Shown: positions 13,526-36,610, counted from the stretch's first letter. The stretch: 64,000 nucleotides of DNA from Octopus vulgaris (GCA_951406725.2 OX597819.1:99076001-99140000), one strand, 5' to 3'. The notes: generated by a model not told the origin, from the sequence alone. Numbers and translations: made by a program.

Positions 13526-13612
13526 CCTTCGTATGTGTGTGCATGTATGTATTTGTATATATGCATGTGTGTATGTTTGTCTGTATATATGTGTGTATGT
13601 CTTTATATATGA

Positions 13613-13650
<38 letters not shown>

Positions 13651-13811
13651 ACGTGTGTGTACGTGTGTGTGTAAATAGATGTGTGTTTGTCTATATATAT
13701 GTACATGTGTGTGTGTATGTGTGTATGCATGTATATATGCATGTATGTATATATGTACAGAGCATTATGAGGAAGTATAAAATAAAAATAATACCGACAA
13801 CCAAATTTAGC

Positions 13812-13843
<32 letters not shown>

Positions 13844-13892
13844 CGGACACAAAGGCTGAAAGATAAAATACACATTTAAATAATGATGACAA

Positions 13893-13961
<69 letters not shown>

Positions 13962-14586
13962 AAATGATGATGATGATGATGATGATAACCAAGTCCAAAA
14001 GAAATGAGTTTGAGCGTGTTGATCACGTCATGCCTTGTAAAAGAAAATAAACAAGAGACGACAGATTTGGGAAAAAGCTTTTGATTCGGAGATTGTATGA
14101 AATAAAAGACGTTTTACATGACAACAGAGAAAAATTTCGTTTGAGATTTCCAGTGATAAACATTGTTATTAAATCAAGGTGGAAGTTGTGTTATGTGGTC
14201 TGTTTATAGTGTCTGGCCCACGACTCACCACAACATCAAAGAGATTTTATAAGAAGTTTTCAGCTTGATTTACTCATAAAATTGTATTTATGAGCTAGTG
14301 TCATATTGGATTATAATTTTCGTTTTCGAATAGAAATCAAAATGACAGGTTTTTTTATTGCACTCACATGCAAACTAGTGCAGAACTGTGCAAAGTATTG
14401 CAGAATTATTAATGTATACGGTATTGTGTGATAAATGGCGTGGAATCTTTTTCTCTTTACATGGAACAGTCATTAGACTGTGGCCATGCTGGGGCACCGC
14501 CTTGAAGAATATTTAGTCGAATCAATTAACCACAGTAGTTATTATTTTTTTTTGTTAAGCCTGGTACTTATTTTATCGGTCTGTTT

Positions 14587-14686
14587 NNNNNNNNNNNNNN
14601 NNNNNNNNNNNNNNNNNNNNNNNNNNNNNNNNNNNNNNNNNNNNNNNNNNNNNNNNNNNNNNNNNNNNNNNNNNNNNNNNNNNNNN
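14587..14686. other. Assembly gap (100 N)
   Basis: Exactly 100 N. Confidence 1.
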
Positions 14687-22556
<7,870 letters not shown>

Positions 22557-22699
22557 TGTCGAACCGCTAAGTTATGCAGATGTTAACATACCAACGCCGG
22601 CTGTCAAGCGGTGGTGGGAGACAAAGACAGATGAAGACACACACACACATACACACACACACACATACACACACATACATACATACATACATACATACA

Positions 22700-22731
<32 letters not shown>

Positions 22732-23167
22732 AATGGCAATAAAACAAGAGTATAATGTAAAGAGTAATTTATGTAAAGTAAAGAGAATGCCAAGAGCATT
22801 CATAATTTAAAAAATTACTATTATAATCATTTTCTGAATAACTTTCACTCGTACGAGACTCGCGTACACCGTCACTACTAGAAGCGATCACCGATTCACA
22901 AGCACTCGTACATGGACTTGTAGATTTCTTTTTTAAAAACAAGTCCAATCTTGTTTTCGCTCTCTATAAATTTCTCAGTAATAAGCAGAAGCATTTGTTG
23001 TGGTAGTAGAACTTTTGCATTTCGCTCAAAATTTGGATCTTGTGCTTGAAACATTTCAGCTTACCCTACAAAAGTGAGCTGAAAAATAAAAATCGTAAAC
23101 CAGGAGTCTCGCAAAGTGGGTCCTCGAAAAGTGAAGTATTACTGTGTATATCTATATGTATATGTAT

Positions 23168-23253
<86 letters not shown>

Positions 23254-23315
23254 CGTTTTAGGATTTGGTTTGCAAGATTCTTTATATGAGTTCGTGTGTT
23301 GAAGCATATTCTGTT

Positions 23316-23570
23316 GTGTCTGGGTAGAGTCATTTTCTTTTTGTACCTTATAATATAACACACTCACAGGTAAAATTTCCACTTATTTCTTATTTTTATT
23401 TTCCTAAAATTGTCGTTGCGTCTTGCAACCTTTTGTAAGTCAAGTCTATTGAAAAGGTTGCAAGACGCAACGAAAATTTTAGGAAAATAAAAATAAGAAA
23501 TAAGTGGAAATTTTACTGGTGAGTGTGTTACATTATAAGGCACAAAAAGAAAATGACTCTCCCCAAACAC
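23316..23570. mobile_element. Penelope-like palindrome (~119-bp arms)
   Basis: 23316-23434 is the reverse complement of 23452-23570; flanked by (TA)n; related fragments near 24370 and 34625. Confidence 0.65.
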
Positions 23571-23575
23571 GACTG

Positions 23576-24024
<449 letters not shown>

Positions 24025-24282
24025 TGACGCTTCGGCATTGCGATACTAATAAGCCGATGTAGAACTCAATATTCGTATGTTTCAGAACGAAGTGTTGGGT
24101 GTGTATAGAGTGGTAATAAGAAAAAAAGGAATAAATTGCACTTCATATTCGAGGCTTCGATGAAGCACTAAGGTGATATTCAGGCACTCAACTATGAGTC
24201 CGCTGCATCTTATAGCAGAAACAGATGTAAGCTAATGAAGTGCATAAGATAATCATTTACTTCTTTGTCATCATCTCTCTTC

Positions 24283-24320
<38 letters not shown>

Positions 24321-24446
24321 TGTTCGTGCTTGTGTGTATTTATATATATATATATATATATATACTTCATTTTTGCATCTGGTTTGTAAGATACTTTATG
24401 TGAATTCGTGTGTTGAAACAAATTTTACTATGTCTGGGGAGAGTCT

Positions 24447-24830
24447 CTTTACTCTCTTTTTACTCTTTTACTTGTTTCAGTCATTTGACTGCAGCCATGC
24501 TGGAGCACCGCCTTTAGTCGAGCAAATCGACCCCGGGACTTATTCTTTGTAAGCCCAGTACTTATTATATCGGTCTCTTTTGCCGAACCGCTAAGTGACG
24601 GGGACGTAAACACACCAGCATCAGTTGTCAAGCGATGTTGGGGGACAAACACAGACACAGAAACATATACACACACGTACATATAAATATACATATATAC
24701 GACGGGCTTCTTTCAGTTTCCGTCTACTAAATCCATTCACAAAGCTTTGGTTGGCCCGAGGCTATACTAGAAGACACTTGCCCAAGGTGCCATGCAGTGG
24801 GACTGAACCCAGAACCATGTGGTTAGTAAG
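24447..24830 (-). mobile_element. SINE family A
   Basis: Reverse complement of the 32638 copy. Confidence 0.85.
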
Positions 24831-25174
24831 TATAGTCGTTAATTATATTGACATAATGACTCTCCCTAGGCACAACAATATATATATGGCTCAGTGCTTA
24901 GGGTGTTGCACTCACGATTACGAGGTCGTGGGTTCGATTCCCAGACCGGGTGTTGCGTTGTGTTCTTGAGCAAAGTACTTCATTTCACGTTGCTCTGCGA
25001 CCATTTCGCCATCTGACGTGTGGCACCCATTGCACATGTAGAGGTAATGTCGATTTGATGGAGGGAGTGAGCTTATGTCTACGCAAACATTTGATCATTA
25101 TAAACAAATCATCTGTGTGGCTGTTCGATAAGAAATTGTCGAACTCTCATACGTTGAATAACGACGGGAGGGTC

Positions 25175-25228
<54 letters not shown>

Positions 25229-25252
25229 TACTATTATTATTATTATTATTAC

Positions 25253-25294
<42 letters not shown>

Positions 25295-26338
25295 GTGTGT
25301 GTGTGTGTATACGACGGGCTTCTTTCAGTTTCCGTCTACCATATCCACTCACAAGGATTTGGTCGGCCCGAGGCTATAGTCAAAGATACTTGCCCAGAGT
25401 GTTTACGCAGTGGGACTGAACCCGGAACCACGTTGTTGTGAAGCAAGCTTCTTACCGCACAGTCACGAGAATAGATAGATAAATAAATAAACAAATAAAT
25501 TAAACTTCTGATAGACAGAATCCATAATCTAGCTTTCAATACCCGCCTGTATCGATTCTACTTCACTTATGTTCTTTTAATTTTTACTTGCTTCAGTAAT
25601 TGGATCGCGGCCATATTGGGCAGTGGGAGGGGGGGTACTATCTTGAAGGGTTTAATCGAACAAATCGATCCCAGTAGTTATTTTTAAAGTATGATAAGAT
25701 ACTTATTGTATTGGTCTCTTTTGCTGGCCCGCTAGATTACGGGGATGTAAACAAACTAACACTGGTTGTGAAGCGGTGGAGTTGGAGTGGAGACAACACA
25801 AACGCAAAGACACGCCGTAGAGGAGGTAGTTTAACGGGATTACTGTCAAGAACCCTGACCAATACAGTAAGTAAAAAATGGTTGAGAATTCCAGCGTTAG
25901 AGGTACACATGTCTGTGGAATACTTAGTCAGGTCATGCATTAATTCATCAAGTCAGGTGTTCAGGTATTTTTGCAACTGAGTACTCATCGTCTGAGAGTT
26001 TGCAGGATCTGCAATAAACAGAAACACATTTATGATTACTGTATTGATACATGAACTTCAGTTACAAAATGATACCTTGCAGCTGTCAAGAGATGTCATT
26101 TAAATAAGAGTTCTGTGAATTTCAGAGGTTTATATTGGGTTTAAATTTTAAGGCATAAGTAAATAAAAGACAAGCATATGAAAGCTCAGTTTCGTTGCAA
26201 TGGTCCATTAAAAGAAATGCATTACTTGTGCAACATCCTGTTTTCACTATTCGAGAAATTTTATGGATTCTGAAGCTGGCCAACAAAAATAATTTATATC
26301 ATAGCCTATAATGCAAACTGTGCGTTTTACTTACTTAT

Positions 26339-26572
26339 CTATTTCTTTATTACCCACAAGGGGCTAAACACAGAGTGGACAAACAAGGACACACAAACGG
26401 ATTAAGTCGATTACATTGATCCCAGTGCGTAACTGGTCCTTAATTTATCGACCCCGAAAGGAGGAAAGGCAAAGTCGACCTCAGCGGAATTTGAACTCAG
26501 AACGTAGCGGCAGACGAAATACCGCTAAGCATTTCGCCCGGCGTGCTGACGTTTCTGCCAGCTCGCCGCCTT
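26339..26572 (-). mobile_element. SINE family B with 16-bp TSD
   Basis: CGTTTTACTTACTTAT at 26323-26338 and 26573-26588. Confidence 0.9.
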
Positions 26573-28395
26573 CGTTTTACTTACTTATGTTACTTATTTC
26601 CAGTTAGATGAAAGAAATGAGAGAAATGTATTGTTTGCTGGGGGAGTGGAGACAGCATAGCATAAACGAAAGTTGCTCAAAGATATATTTTGGCTTCAGG
26701 TTCTCAGCTGCATTGTCTCCTCTCTCAGCCTTTTCTGCCGTTGCTGTAATGATCGCTGCTCCTCGGAGCTGGCTGGGCACATGCTGCATTTATGGTATTT
26801 CCGATCCATTCGTCTATCCTTTTCTCATCTCTCTTCTTGTGTCCAGCCTTCCACGCTCCGCACTAATCACTCCACCTGGTCCATTCTTCCCAGGAAGAAA
26901 TTACATGAACAGGGGTATTCTCTCCCACTTCATGTCATTCCTGAAAGTAATGCCTTGCAACTGTTTAAGCGAAGTATTCATTAGAATCAGTACCACCGGT
27001 CTCGAACGCTTACAAATGCCCCAGACACTACTCGTTCCTTTAAGCCCTGCAAGTAGAGAAAAGATTTCCTCCATCAGTTGAAACTAGCTACTAAGCAGAA
27101 TTAGAAACCTTTACTTTAAAATAGATATTATTCAATCTGAATTGCAATCATGCTGTTCTAATTAAATCTGGACTTGAAAAGATAGCTCAGCTAGTATCGT
27201 TATATTGAAAAGGATAAAAGTTTAGATCTAAAATTCTTGGACAAAAATTATAAATCAAAAATTGTAAATATACTAAATAAATATGAAATTATAAATGTAC
27301 TAATTGAATTAAAAAATGAAAACGCTTATGAGGGCTTTTGTTATAACTAATGTCAACAATATTGAACTAACCAGTAATATTTTAAACGTTGTTTATTGTT
27401 TAGTAAGAAAAACAAACAACCATTGTTAAACATGGAGGTCGAAGTCGAGCGCTTGATTAAATATACAATACACTTAGGGAATTGTTGGCATTCATGGTTT
27501 TACGTAACTCTTGTTGGTGTATGTCCCTCCACCCCACGAAAATATGTAATTTTCGATAAAATTACCGAAAACAAGTAAAATAAGATGCATTTTTATTGAT
27601 TCATCTTCATTAATTACAAGGAAGTCTGTACTTATAATTTTGGTAAAATGATTGTTCGCCAACAATATTTCTTGATTTCGTAGAATTAGAAGCAACAGGA
27701 AATATTTATAATATATGTTATAACGAATGTTAAATGATGTAAGGATTGATAGAGAATATATAAAATTTGATTGGATTTTATTCTGATGGAGCGAGTACTG
27801 GACCTAGACTCGAGTTGCTACAAGATTAATTCAAGAATTTCCAGACGTTATAATTTGGCTATGTTTTGAATCATCGATTATAAGTTGTGTTAGATGATAC
27901 TATATGGGAAATCAATGAAATAGACCATTTCAAGTGATTTTTTTGCCAAGAATTTTGCTATTTTTCCTCGGTTTAATAAAAGCCAGATGCAGCTTAAAGA
28001 AAAAAAATTGCTGCAGAATTATTTATCGAAATAGTAAAAATCTGCTATGTTTTTTTTTTTATTATTCTATTTTTACTTTCATTTATTTATGTATTTATTT
28101 ATTTTGGTCCACGGTGAGCTTCCCTTTAGCCTCAGATCTACTAGAGTGATATGAAATGCTTATTCAGCTCCTTACATATGATTCTCTAAAGGCTTCTGAC
28201 ATGGAAATTTGGAAAGGGTTAAATAAACAATATATTTATAAGACACTTGGCTATAATGATTGACATTAGGGATGAACTTACATAATTATCAAATGCTCTG
28301 ACAGAAAGGCAATCAGTTTCATAGGAGAACATAAAATCATAAGTGCACAGCAATTTCTTTTTCCTTTTACCTTTAAAATATAGTTTTAGTAAGTA

Positions 28396-28927
28396 CTAGC
28401 AGAAATACCTGTCGTTGACTGGGTTCAATAAGTGTCTTCAAAAATTACACCCCGATTTATGAAAGTTACTGCTTCGATATTATTCAATGTTTTTCAGTGG
28501 AATATCCGCAAGCTCTTATTGCCAGGTTTCGGCCCAAAAAGTTATAATATTTCACTAATGGTTCTTCTGATAGTCAGTCTCTTCAGGTCTTTCTCTTTTC
28601 CTACGCTGAGATTGCTTAGGTAGTCCAAATCTAATTTTTTTCGGAGGCATTGTAGTAGGGTGAATTAATCTATAAGACAGTGGACTTAACTCATGTTAGC
28701 AAACTCACGGAAGTCACCGACGTGAAAATTGGTAAAAGTAATGATTGAAAAGCTATTTTTACCACTATCCGGGGGTGCCTCGAGAAAAATAAGTTGACAA
28801 AAGCACAGCCATGATTGTGACCAATGTCCTCCTAAAATTGGAGCGACATGCGTGCTAATTTGAGGACGTGCATAAAGTACATTCACGTACACACACACAC
28901 ACACATCCTGCCTTTTATAGATATAGA
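28396..28927 (-). mobile_element. Non-autonomous Helitron
   Basis: Minus strand A|TCTATATCTATAAAAGG...(GT)n...CCCAGTC-AAC-GACAGG hairpin...CTAG|T. Confidence 0.75.
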
Positions 28928-29800
28928 TGAACTAAGATTAACGTACTAATGCAAGGTGGTACATTCGAACGTATAGATTTTGAACGAAATGTATTTTCAG
29001 TCACTGCTGTGAGAAATGGTAGCAGAATACTTAATTAACAAAATGAAAGTAAGTGATGGACATGTTACGTTTTAAAGGATAATTTTAGTTTTAAAAGGGA
29101 ATGTGGGTAGAACAATCCTTTCAGCTCTTTTACTGTATGCAAGCATTACGGACCTGATACATTTCCTTGGAGCAGAAGGAAAAAAATTATGTGCAGTTAT
29201 AGAAGTCATCTGCCCTGAATTGATAATTTTTTTTTTTTTTTTTTTCAAAATATTGAGAAGGAGGATATGTAGGTACAGCTACTTCGAAATCTACAGTTTC
29301 TCTATTCTGATTATAAATACACATTTTTTACCAAAAATATTGGTGTATTTGGCTACTGTATTAAATATCTAAGTGACAAACTCGAAAAGATGGTGATTTT
29401 AGGCAAAGGATGTAATCAGTTAACACGTATTTCGTAAATACAATCTGTAAGCGCAACAAGAGCAAAATTATACAAGATTTTCCTGAAGTGTAAAATCGTA
29501 TAATTCTCCACTTCCTTTTTTGTCCAAATTCTGGTGAGAAGGCTTCGCTTCCTTCTTAGGAACCAACTCTTTCCTTATAAGAAGAATTCAAATAAAGTAA
29601 ACAGTAAACATAAAAATTAGAACAAGGGTCAATTGGTTCGACCAAACCCTTCATGACAATACTCCAGCGCGGCCACAGTTCAATGATTGAAACAAATAAA
29701 ATGCAAAAGAAAATAAATTTTGGTTAACTGGTCGTGACTAACCAAGGTGTGATGGCTGGCGTGTAACCAAATGGATTATGTTTATCCCTCACACAAATTA

Positions 29801-30012
29801 CAAGAGGGTGCTGAACAGTTCCTGGCTTTGGGTAAAAGCAAATACAAGAGGACCAGTTATGATTTTATTCAACATATTTCCCTCTCAGATTCACATTCAA
29901 ATGCAGCGATCCTTCCGCTTTTCTAAGCCCTGTAAAAGAGCTCAGAAATTTGGGCCTCCAACCAAGCCTTTCACAACAGCCTTAAAGTCAGGACCTTTTC
30001 AGCTCCCCCTCG
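29801..30012. mobile_element. Tc1/mariner-derived MITE
   Basis: TA|CAAGAGGGTGCTGAACAGTTCCTGGCTTT...AAAGTCAGGACCTTTTCAGCTCCCCCTCG|TA; imperfect TIRs, TA TSD. Confidence 0.75.
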
Positions 30013-30634
30013 TATGTATCTTACCTTTATCTCCCCTCTAACTTCCTCGAAGTCCTTAATTCTCTACCCCTTTACCTTATACTTCTTTCTGTTTCTCCAC
30101 TTTCCTCTTCATCTCCCCCACTTCCTTTCTCTCCTACATTCGTCATCTTCTCCTCCACTTGCTATAAAATTTTATTTTCCTTACCACAGCCATCACTTAC
30201 ACACCCAGACATTTATACTCTCACACAAGATGACTTTTAAACTCCCCATCTCCCTACCCAATCTCTTTCATTTGCTTTCTCTCTATATCACTTCCTCTTT
30301 CTTTCTCTCCAACACCCTTACCTTCACGTTTCTGTACTCGCATACACACCTGGGAGACAGTTTTTCCCTTTAGCCTGGTCCTTAGGACAAAAACAGATTC
30401 AAGGGAAATAGATCTTGAGGGGCTAAACCCGTGTTTCTTCCCTGTTCTCAGTCTTCTATTGTCTCGGGTGCTGTACATCCTCCTCTGATTTTTCTTTCTT
30501 CTACATCAATGCTTATTTTTTAAAGTTTGGTGCTGGTTCTATCGTATTTTTTTTCTTTTCCTTTTTAGCCTAACCACTTATCAAGCGGCGTGAGACAAAC
30601 ACGCGCGCATGCGACAGGTTTCCACTCACTTTTT

Positions 30635-30866
30635 TATTTCTTTATTGCCCACAAAGAGCTAAACATAGAGGGGACAAACAAGGACAGACAAACGGATTAA
30701 GTCGATTACATCGACCCCAATGCGTAACTGGTACTTAATTTATCGACCCCCGAAAGGATGAAAGGCAAAGTCGACCTCGGCGGAATTTGAACTCAGAACG
30801 TAACGGCAGACGAAATACTGCTAAGCATTTCGCCCGGCGTGCTAACGGTTCTGCCAGCTCGCCGCC
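30635..30866 (-). mobile_element. SINE family B
   Basis: Near-identical to the 26339 copy. Confidence 0.85.
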
Positions 30867-31337
30867 TTTCTGTTTACCTAACTCACTTACAAGCGCCTTG
30901 ATCAGCCCAGGGTTATTGTAGAAGACACTTGTCCAAGGTGCCTCAGAGTGGGGCTGAAACTGAATCTATGTGCCTATAGCCCTAAAAAAAAAGCATTAAT
31001 TTTCCTAAATCAAACGCTAACGTCTTAAGTAGAGTACATAAAGGAACATAGACCTATGTACCTCTAGAAAGATGGGATGGCTACAGTTGGAACGTCTCGT
31101 CGTAATTCAAATGGACAGGAACCAGTGTGAGCGAAACGTTAAGCGACTGTTCAAACTTGTGGAGCCAAATGACCCTCAAATCACACTCTATCGGATAAAA
31201 AGACGAAGGGCAACTTATGTAATATGGTCATGAATAAAAGGTGGGAAAGTCACAGACGGAGCGACTTTGAAGAAAGGTTCACTCAAACAAGCTGTCAGGG
31301 AGTTATATTACTACTACTACTACCACCGCCGCCGCCA

Positions 31338-31382
<45 letters not shown>

Positions 31383-31527
31383 GCAGCTGCAGCAGGGCAC
31401 GATATAGTTCAGAGTGGTGATACGAAGGAACAAACCAGAATAAACGCTGCTGCTTTTCTTAGTCGTCTATAAACAAAGGTTATTTCCCTTGTTCAAGGGA
31501 GTTAACATAGGATAACCTAAAATATTG

Positions 31528-31577
<50 letters not shown>

Positions 31578-31805
31578 CTATCTATCTGTGTGTGTGTGTG
31601 TGTGTGTGTGTCTGTTTGTGTGTGCATGCATATGTATGTGTTTGAGTGCATTTGCATTTGTGGGAACGTTTTTTTGATGTCCTGTACCCATATATGCGTG
31701 TATATATATGTAGGTATGTACATTTTATATATGTATATATGCATATATTTATATATTACATATATATATATATATATATATATACGTGTGAGTGTGTGTG
31801 TGTAT

Positions 31806-31850
<45 letters not shown>

Positions 31851-32238
31851 TTTATTCTCTTATTCTTTTATTTGTTTCACTCATTTGACTATGGCCATGC
31901 TGGAGCACCGTCTTTTTTAGTTGAAGAAATCGCCCCCTGGACTTATTCTTTGCAAGCTTGGTACTTATTCTATTAGTCATTTTTGCTGAACTGCTAAGTT
32001 GCAGGAACGTAAGCACATCAACATTGGTTTTAAGTGATGGTGTGTGTGTGGGGGGGGGGGGCAAACACAGTCACAAAGACACACACATAAATATATACAT
32101 ATATTACAAATTAATAATAACTGAAATTGTATACAGTGCTCAAGTGCTGTACCACACACACACACATACACACACACATATATATATATATATATCATCA
32201 TCATCATCATTTAGCGTCCGCATATATATATATTCTTA

Positions 32239-32295
<57 letters not shown>

Positions 32296-32298
32296 GTC

Positions 32299-32344
<46 letters not shown>

Positions 32345-32590
32345 GAAAAAATAAAAGGGGCAAGCTAAAAAAGGCTAAAAATAATTTTATAAAAAACATT
32401 TTAGTACCGGTTTCAGTCACTGAGACTTTTTCAACTATAAGAATGGAAAACAATTAAATTTGGGAAAAATTTAAAAGAAAAGTTTTTTTTAAAGAATATT
32501 TGTATTGTGTTCAAATACAAGGGGCATTTTCCTTATTTCTGTTTGTTTCTGTCTCTCTTGTTTACTCTTGTGGGTTCGAGGTCGTTGTGA

Positions 32591-32634
<44 letters not shown>

Positions 32635-32637
32635 CAT

Positions 32638-32809
32638 AGGCGCAGGAGTGGCTGTGTGGTAAGTAGCTTGCTTATCAACCACATGGTTCCGGGTTCAGTC
32701 CCACTGCGTGGCACCTTGGGCAAGTGTCTTCTAGTATAGCCTCGGACTGACCAAAGCCTTGTTAGTGGATTTGGTAGACGGAAACTGAAAGAAGCCCGTC
32801 GTATATATG

Positions 32810-32842
<33 letters not shown>

Positions 32843-33050
32843 ATATGTTTGTGTGTCTGTGTTTGTCCTCCCAACATCACTTGACAATCGATGCTGGTGT
32901 GTTTACGTCCCTGTAACTTAGCAGTTCGGCAAAACAGACCGATAGAATAAGCACTAGGCTTACAAAGAATAAGTTCTGGGGTTGATTTGCTCGACTAAAG
33001 GCAGTGCTCCAGCATGGCCACAGTCAAATGACTGAAACAAGTAAAAGAGA
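32638..33050 (+). mobile_element. SINE family A, full length
   Basis: tRNA-like head, central (TA)/(TG) tract and tail ...caaatgactgaaacaagtaaaagag. Confidence 0.9.
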
Positions 33051-33733
33051 ATATATGTATACACCTGTTTATCAACAAACCTATTTACCTAGCTAGTTTG
33101 GCCTTAGTGTCTATACTTATATGCTGTTAAATATAATTATAAATCTGTACAGATAATCCAGCTTAACTAGATACATTTTTCCCTAATAGTGTATTGATTT
33201 TTAAAAACTTGTCTATTTGTTTGTGTACCTGTCTCTTACTGTCTCATAACTTACCTGACAGACTCGTTAGTTCGCCGGAAAAAATGCTTGGAGGCATTTC
33301 GTCCGGCTTTATGTTCTGAGTTCCAATTCCGCCAAGGGTGACTTTGCCTTTCATCCTTTCGGGGTCGATAATATAAGTGCCTGTTGAGCAGTGGGGTCGT
33401 TTTAATCGATTTACTACCTGCCCTGAAATTGTGCCAAAATCTGAAATCAATATTTTACTTCACAATAAAGCATATCTATACTTCAACCTCTTTCTCTCTC
33501 TCTCTCTCCCTGCCTATTTGTCTGGCTCTATCAATCTGTCTCTCTATCTAGTTATTTGTCTATCTGTCTACTTACTACCTCCATATTGTCTGTCCATATT
33601 TATTGGTTGATTCCAATTTTAGTGTCTTATATATATAATATAATTTTTTCTGAATCTTCAAATTTTTCAATATGCTAGACCACTGGTTTTAAATTGATAT
33701 TAATCAAATTAGTATTCAAATTTTCACCCTTAT

Positions 33734-33778
<45 letters not shown>

Positions 33779-33886
33779 TATACATATATATATATATATA
33801 CACACACACACATATATATATATGTATATATATACACATACATATATACACGACACACACACATATATATACATATATAATATATG

Positions 33887-34001
<115 letters not shown>

Positions 34002-34041
34002 ATATATATATATGTATATATATATATTGTATATATATATA

Positions 34042-34104
<63 letters not shown>

Positions 34105-34903
34105 CGATCGTCACTAAATCATAAATCCGAAAAAGAAGCGGACACTCTAAGTTATAGAGCAGTAGAGTATATAGATAAAGATAGATATGGCCAGTCTACA
34201 GAGTTCCCTTGGGTTTCACGTCCATAAAGGGCTTATCTTTACAGCGTTTCTCCAGACCCTAGGCCTATAGCTTTTCTAGCAAGTGGTTTCTCTAGAAAAA
34301 ATGTCTCTCCCTTTCTCTCTCTTTATGTGTGTGTGTGTGTGTGTATCTGAGCGCGTGTATGATACAAATGCTGAAAGCCAAATACGTTAATTGTTGAATA
34401 TTTTGGTTTATAACAGTCATTCAATAACTCGAAGTAAATAATCTCACTCCCCCCATTCCCAGTATTTATTTTATCTTTCAATAAGTTATTGAGTGTGGCA
34501 GATACAGCAGCTAAATTTCACTGCTGCAGTACAATATATTCAATAACAAACTTCGCAGAAACAGGCTATTTGTTGACTACTTTGTGTAACTGACAGTTCT
34601 TTATTCACGTCTTATTGGCATAACAACAAAAATGACTCTCCCCGGACACAACAGAAATAAAATTTAGTGCTCCAGCACACATCTTTGCTGATTGTATTTC
34701 TTCTGTTAATGAGTTTAGTATCAATTGCGTGTGTGTGTGAGGGAGAGAGAGAGAGAGAAATATATACGGAGTCAGGCTATCGTTAGGGGCCTGCGAAACT
34801 TGAAGTAGCTTGGAACCGAATCAAACTGTTTTATATAATATATATATATGTGTGTGTGTGTGTGTATGTGTGTGTGTGTGTGTGTATGTATATATATATA
34901 TAT

Positions 34904-35099
34904 GGTACTATTTAAGAAGAGTGGTCCCAGTGTGCATACTCTCGTACTCGCGCTAGCTAGTTGTGACTAGTCGATCCTACAACGACTACCTAGCAAAGTA
35001 AATAAAACTCAAAAATACAAAGTAAGGATCGACTAGTCACGACTAGCTAGCGCGGATGCGTGAGTACACGCACCGGGACCACTCTTCTTAATTAGTACC
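34904..35099. mobile_element. Hairpin MITE with GGTAC termini
   Basis: GGTACTATTTAAGAAGAGTGGTCCC...GGGACCACTCTTCTTAATTAGTACC; arms ~75 bp; TSD obscured by microsatellite. Confidence 0.75.
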
Positions 35100-35119
35100 G
35101 ATACACACACACACACACA

Positions 35120-36221
35120 CATCATCATCATCATCATCATCGTTTAACGTCCGCTTTCCATGCTAGCATGGGTTGGACGGTTCAACTGGGGTCTGGGAAG
35201 CCCGAAGGCTGCACCAGGCCAGTCAGATCTGGCAGAGTTTCTACAGCTGGATGCCCTTCCTAACGCCAACCACTCCGTGAGTGTAGTGGGTGCTTTTTAT
35301 GTGCCACCGACACAGGTGCCAGACGAGGCTGGCGAATGGCCACGCTCAGATGGTGTTTTTTTGTGCCACCGACACAGGTGCCAGACGAGGCTGGCGAACG
35401 GCCACGCTCAGATGGTGTTTTTTACATGCCACCGGCACGGAGGCCAGGCGAGGCTGGCACGGCCACGATTGGATGGTGTTTGTTACGTGCCCACAATCAA
35501 TGCAGTACTGGCTACGGCCACGTTTGGATGGTTTTCTTATGTGCCACCGGCACTGGTACCACAAAAATACAAATTTCATTGATGTTCATCGATTTTGATT
35601 TGATTTGATTTTCACTTGCCGCAACAGGTCTTCACAAGTAGAGCTATGTGTCCCAAGAAGGAAGGTATGCACAGGTCGACTGACTACGTCCCAGGTAGGG
35701 GCCATGGGTTATGGCCTCACATGTCCTGCCGGGTCTTCTCGCGCACAGCATACTTCCAAAGGTCTCGGTCTCTGGTCATTTCCTCGGTGAGACCTAAAGC
35801 GCGAAGGTCGTTCTTCACCACCTCGTCCCAGGTTTTCCTGGGTCTACCTCTTCCACAGGTTCCCTCAACTGCTAGGGTGTGGCACTTTTTCACACAACTA
35901 TCTTCATCCATTCTTACTACGTGTCCATACCAGCGTAGATACCTCTCTTGCACACCACATCTGATGCTTCTTAGGTCCAACTTTTCTCTCAAGGCACTTA
36001 CACTCTGTCGGGTATGAACGCTGACATTACACATCCAACGGAGCATACTGGCTTCATTTCTTGCGAGCTTACGCATATCCTCAGCAGTCACGGCCCATGT
36101 TTCATTGCCATGTAGCATGGATGTTCGCACACATGTGTCATACAGTCTGCCTTTTACTCTGAGCGAGAGGCCTTTTGTCACCAGCAGAGGTAAGAGCTCT
36201 CTGAACTTTGCCCAGGCTATT

Positions 36222-36223
<2 letters not shown>
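35120..36223 (-). mobile_element. 5'-truncated RTE-clade LINE
   Basis: ORF 35717-36181 ends LRWYGHVVRMDED...GRGRPRKTWDEVV; 3' UTR with ~58-bp tandem repeats and a (GAT)n tail. Confidence 0.9.
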
Positions 36224-36256
<33 letters not shown>

Positions 36257-36610
36257 GTGTGAGTGTGAGTATGTCTGTGTGTATATATATATATATAGAC
36301 TTGTATTCTCTTATTCTTTTATTTATTTCAGTCATATGACTATGGCCATGCTGGAGCACTGTCTTTTTTAGTTGAAGATATCGCCCCCAGGACTTATTCT
36401 TTGCAAGCTTGGTACTTATTCTATTAGTCATTTTTGCTGAACTGCTATATATATATATATATATATATAATTTGTTTACGGGAAACGTTTTGAATATGCA
36501 AATAACGCTCATATTCCATTATGCCGGCTACAGTCTAATGATGTAGACAAGTGAACCAGTTTTTTGCATTAAAATATTCATGAATTTCATCCAAGGATTA
36601 TTGATATTAT

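Noticed and set aside
30014-30373. Leu/Phe/Ser-rich ORF
   Set aside because: Pyrimidine-rich low-complexity sequence with no recognisable family
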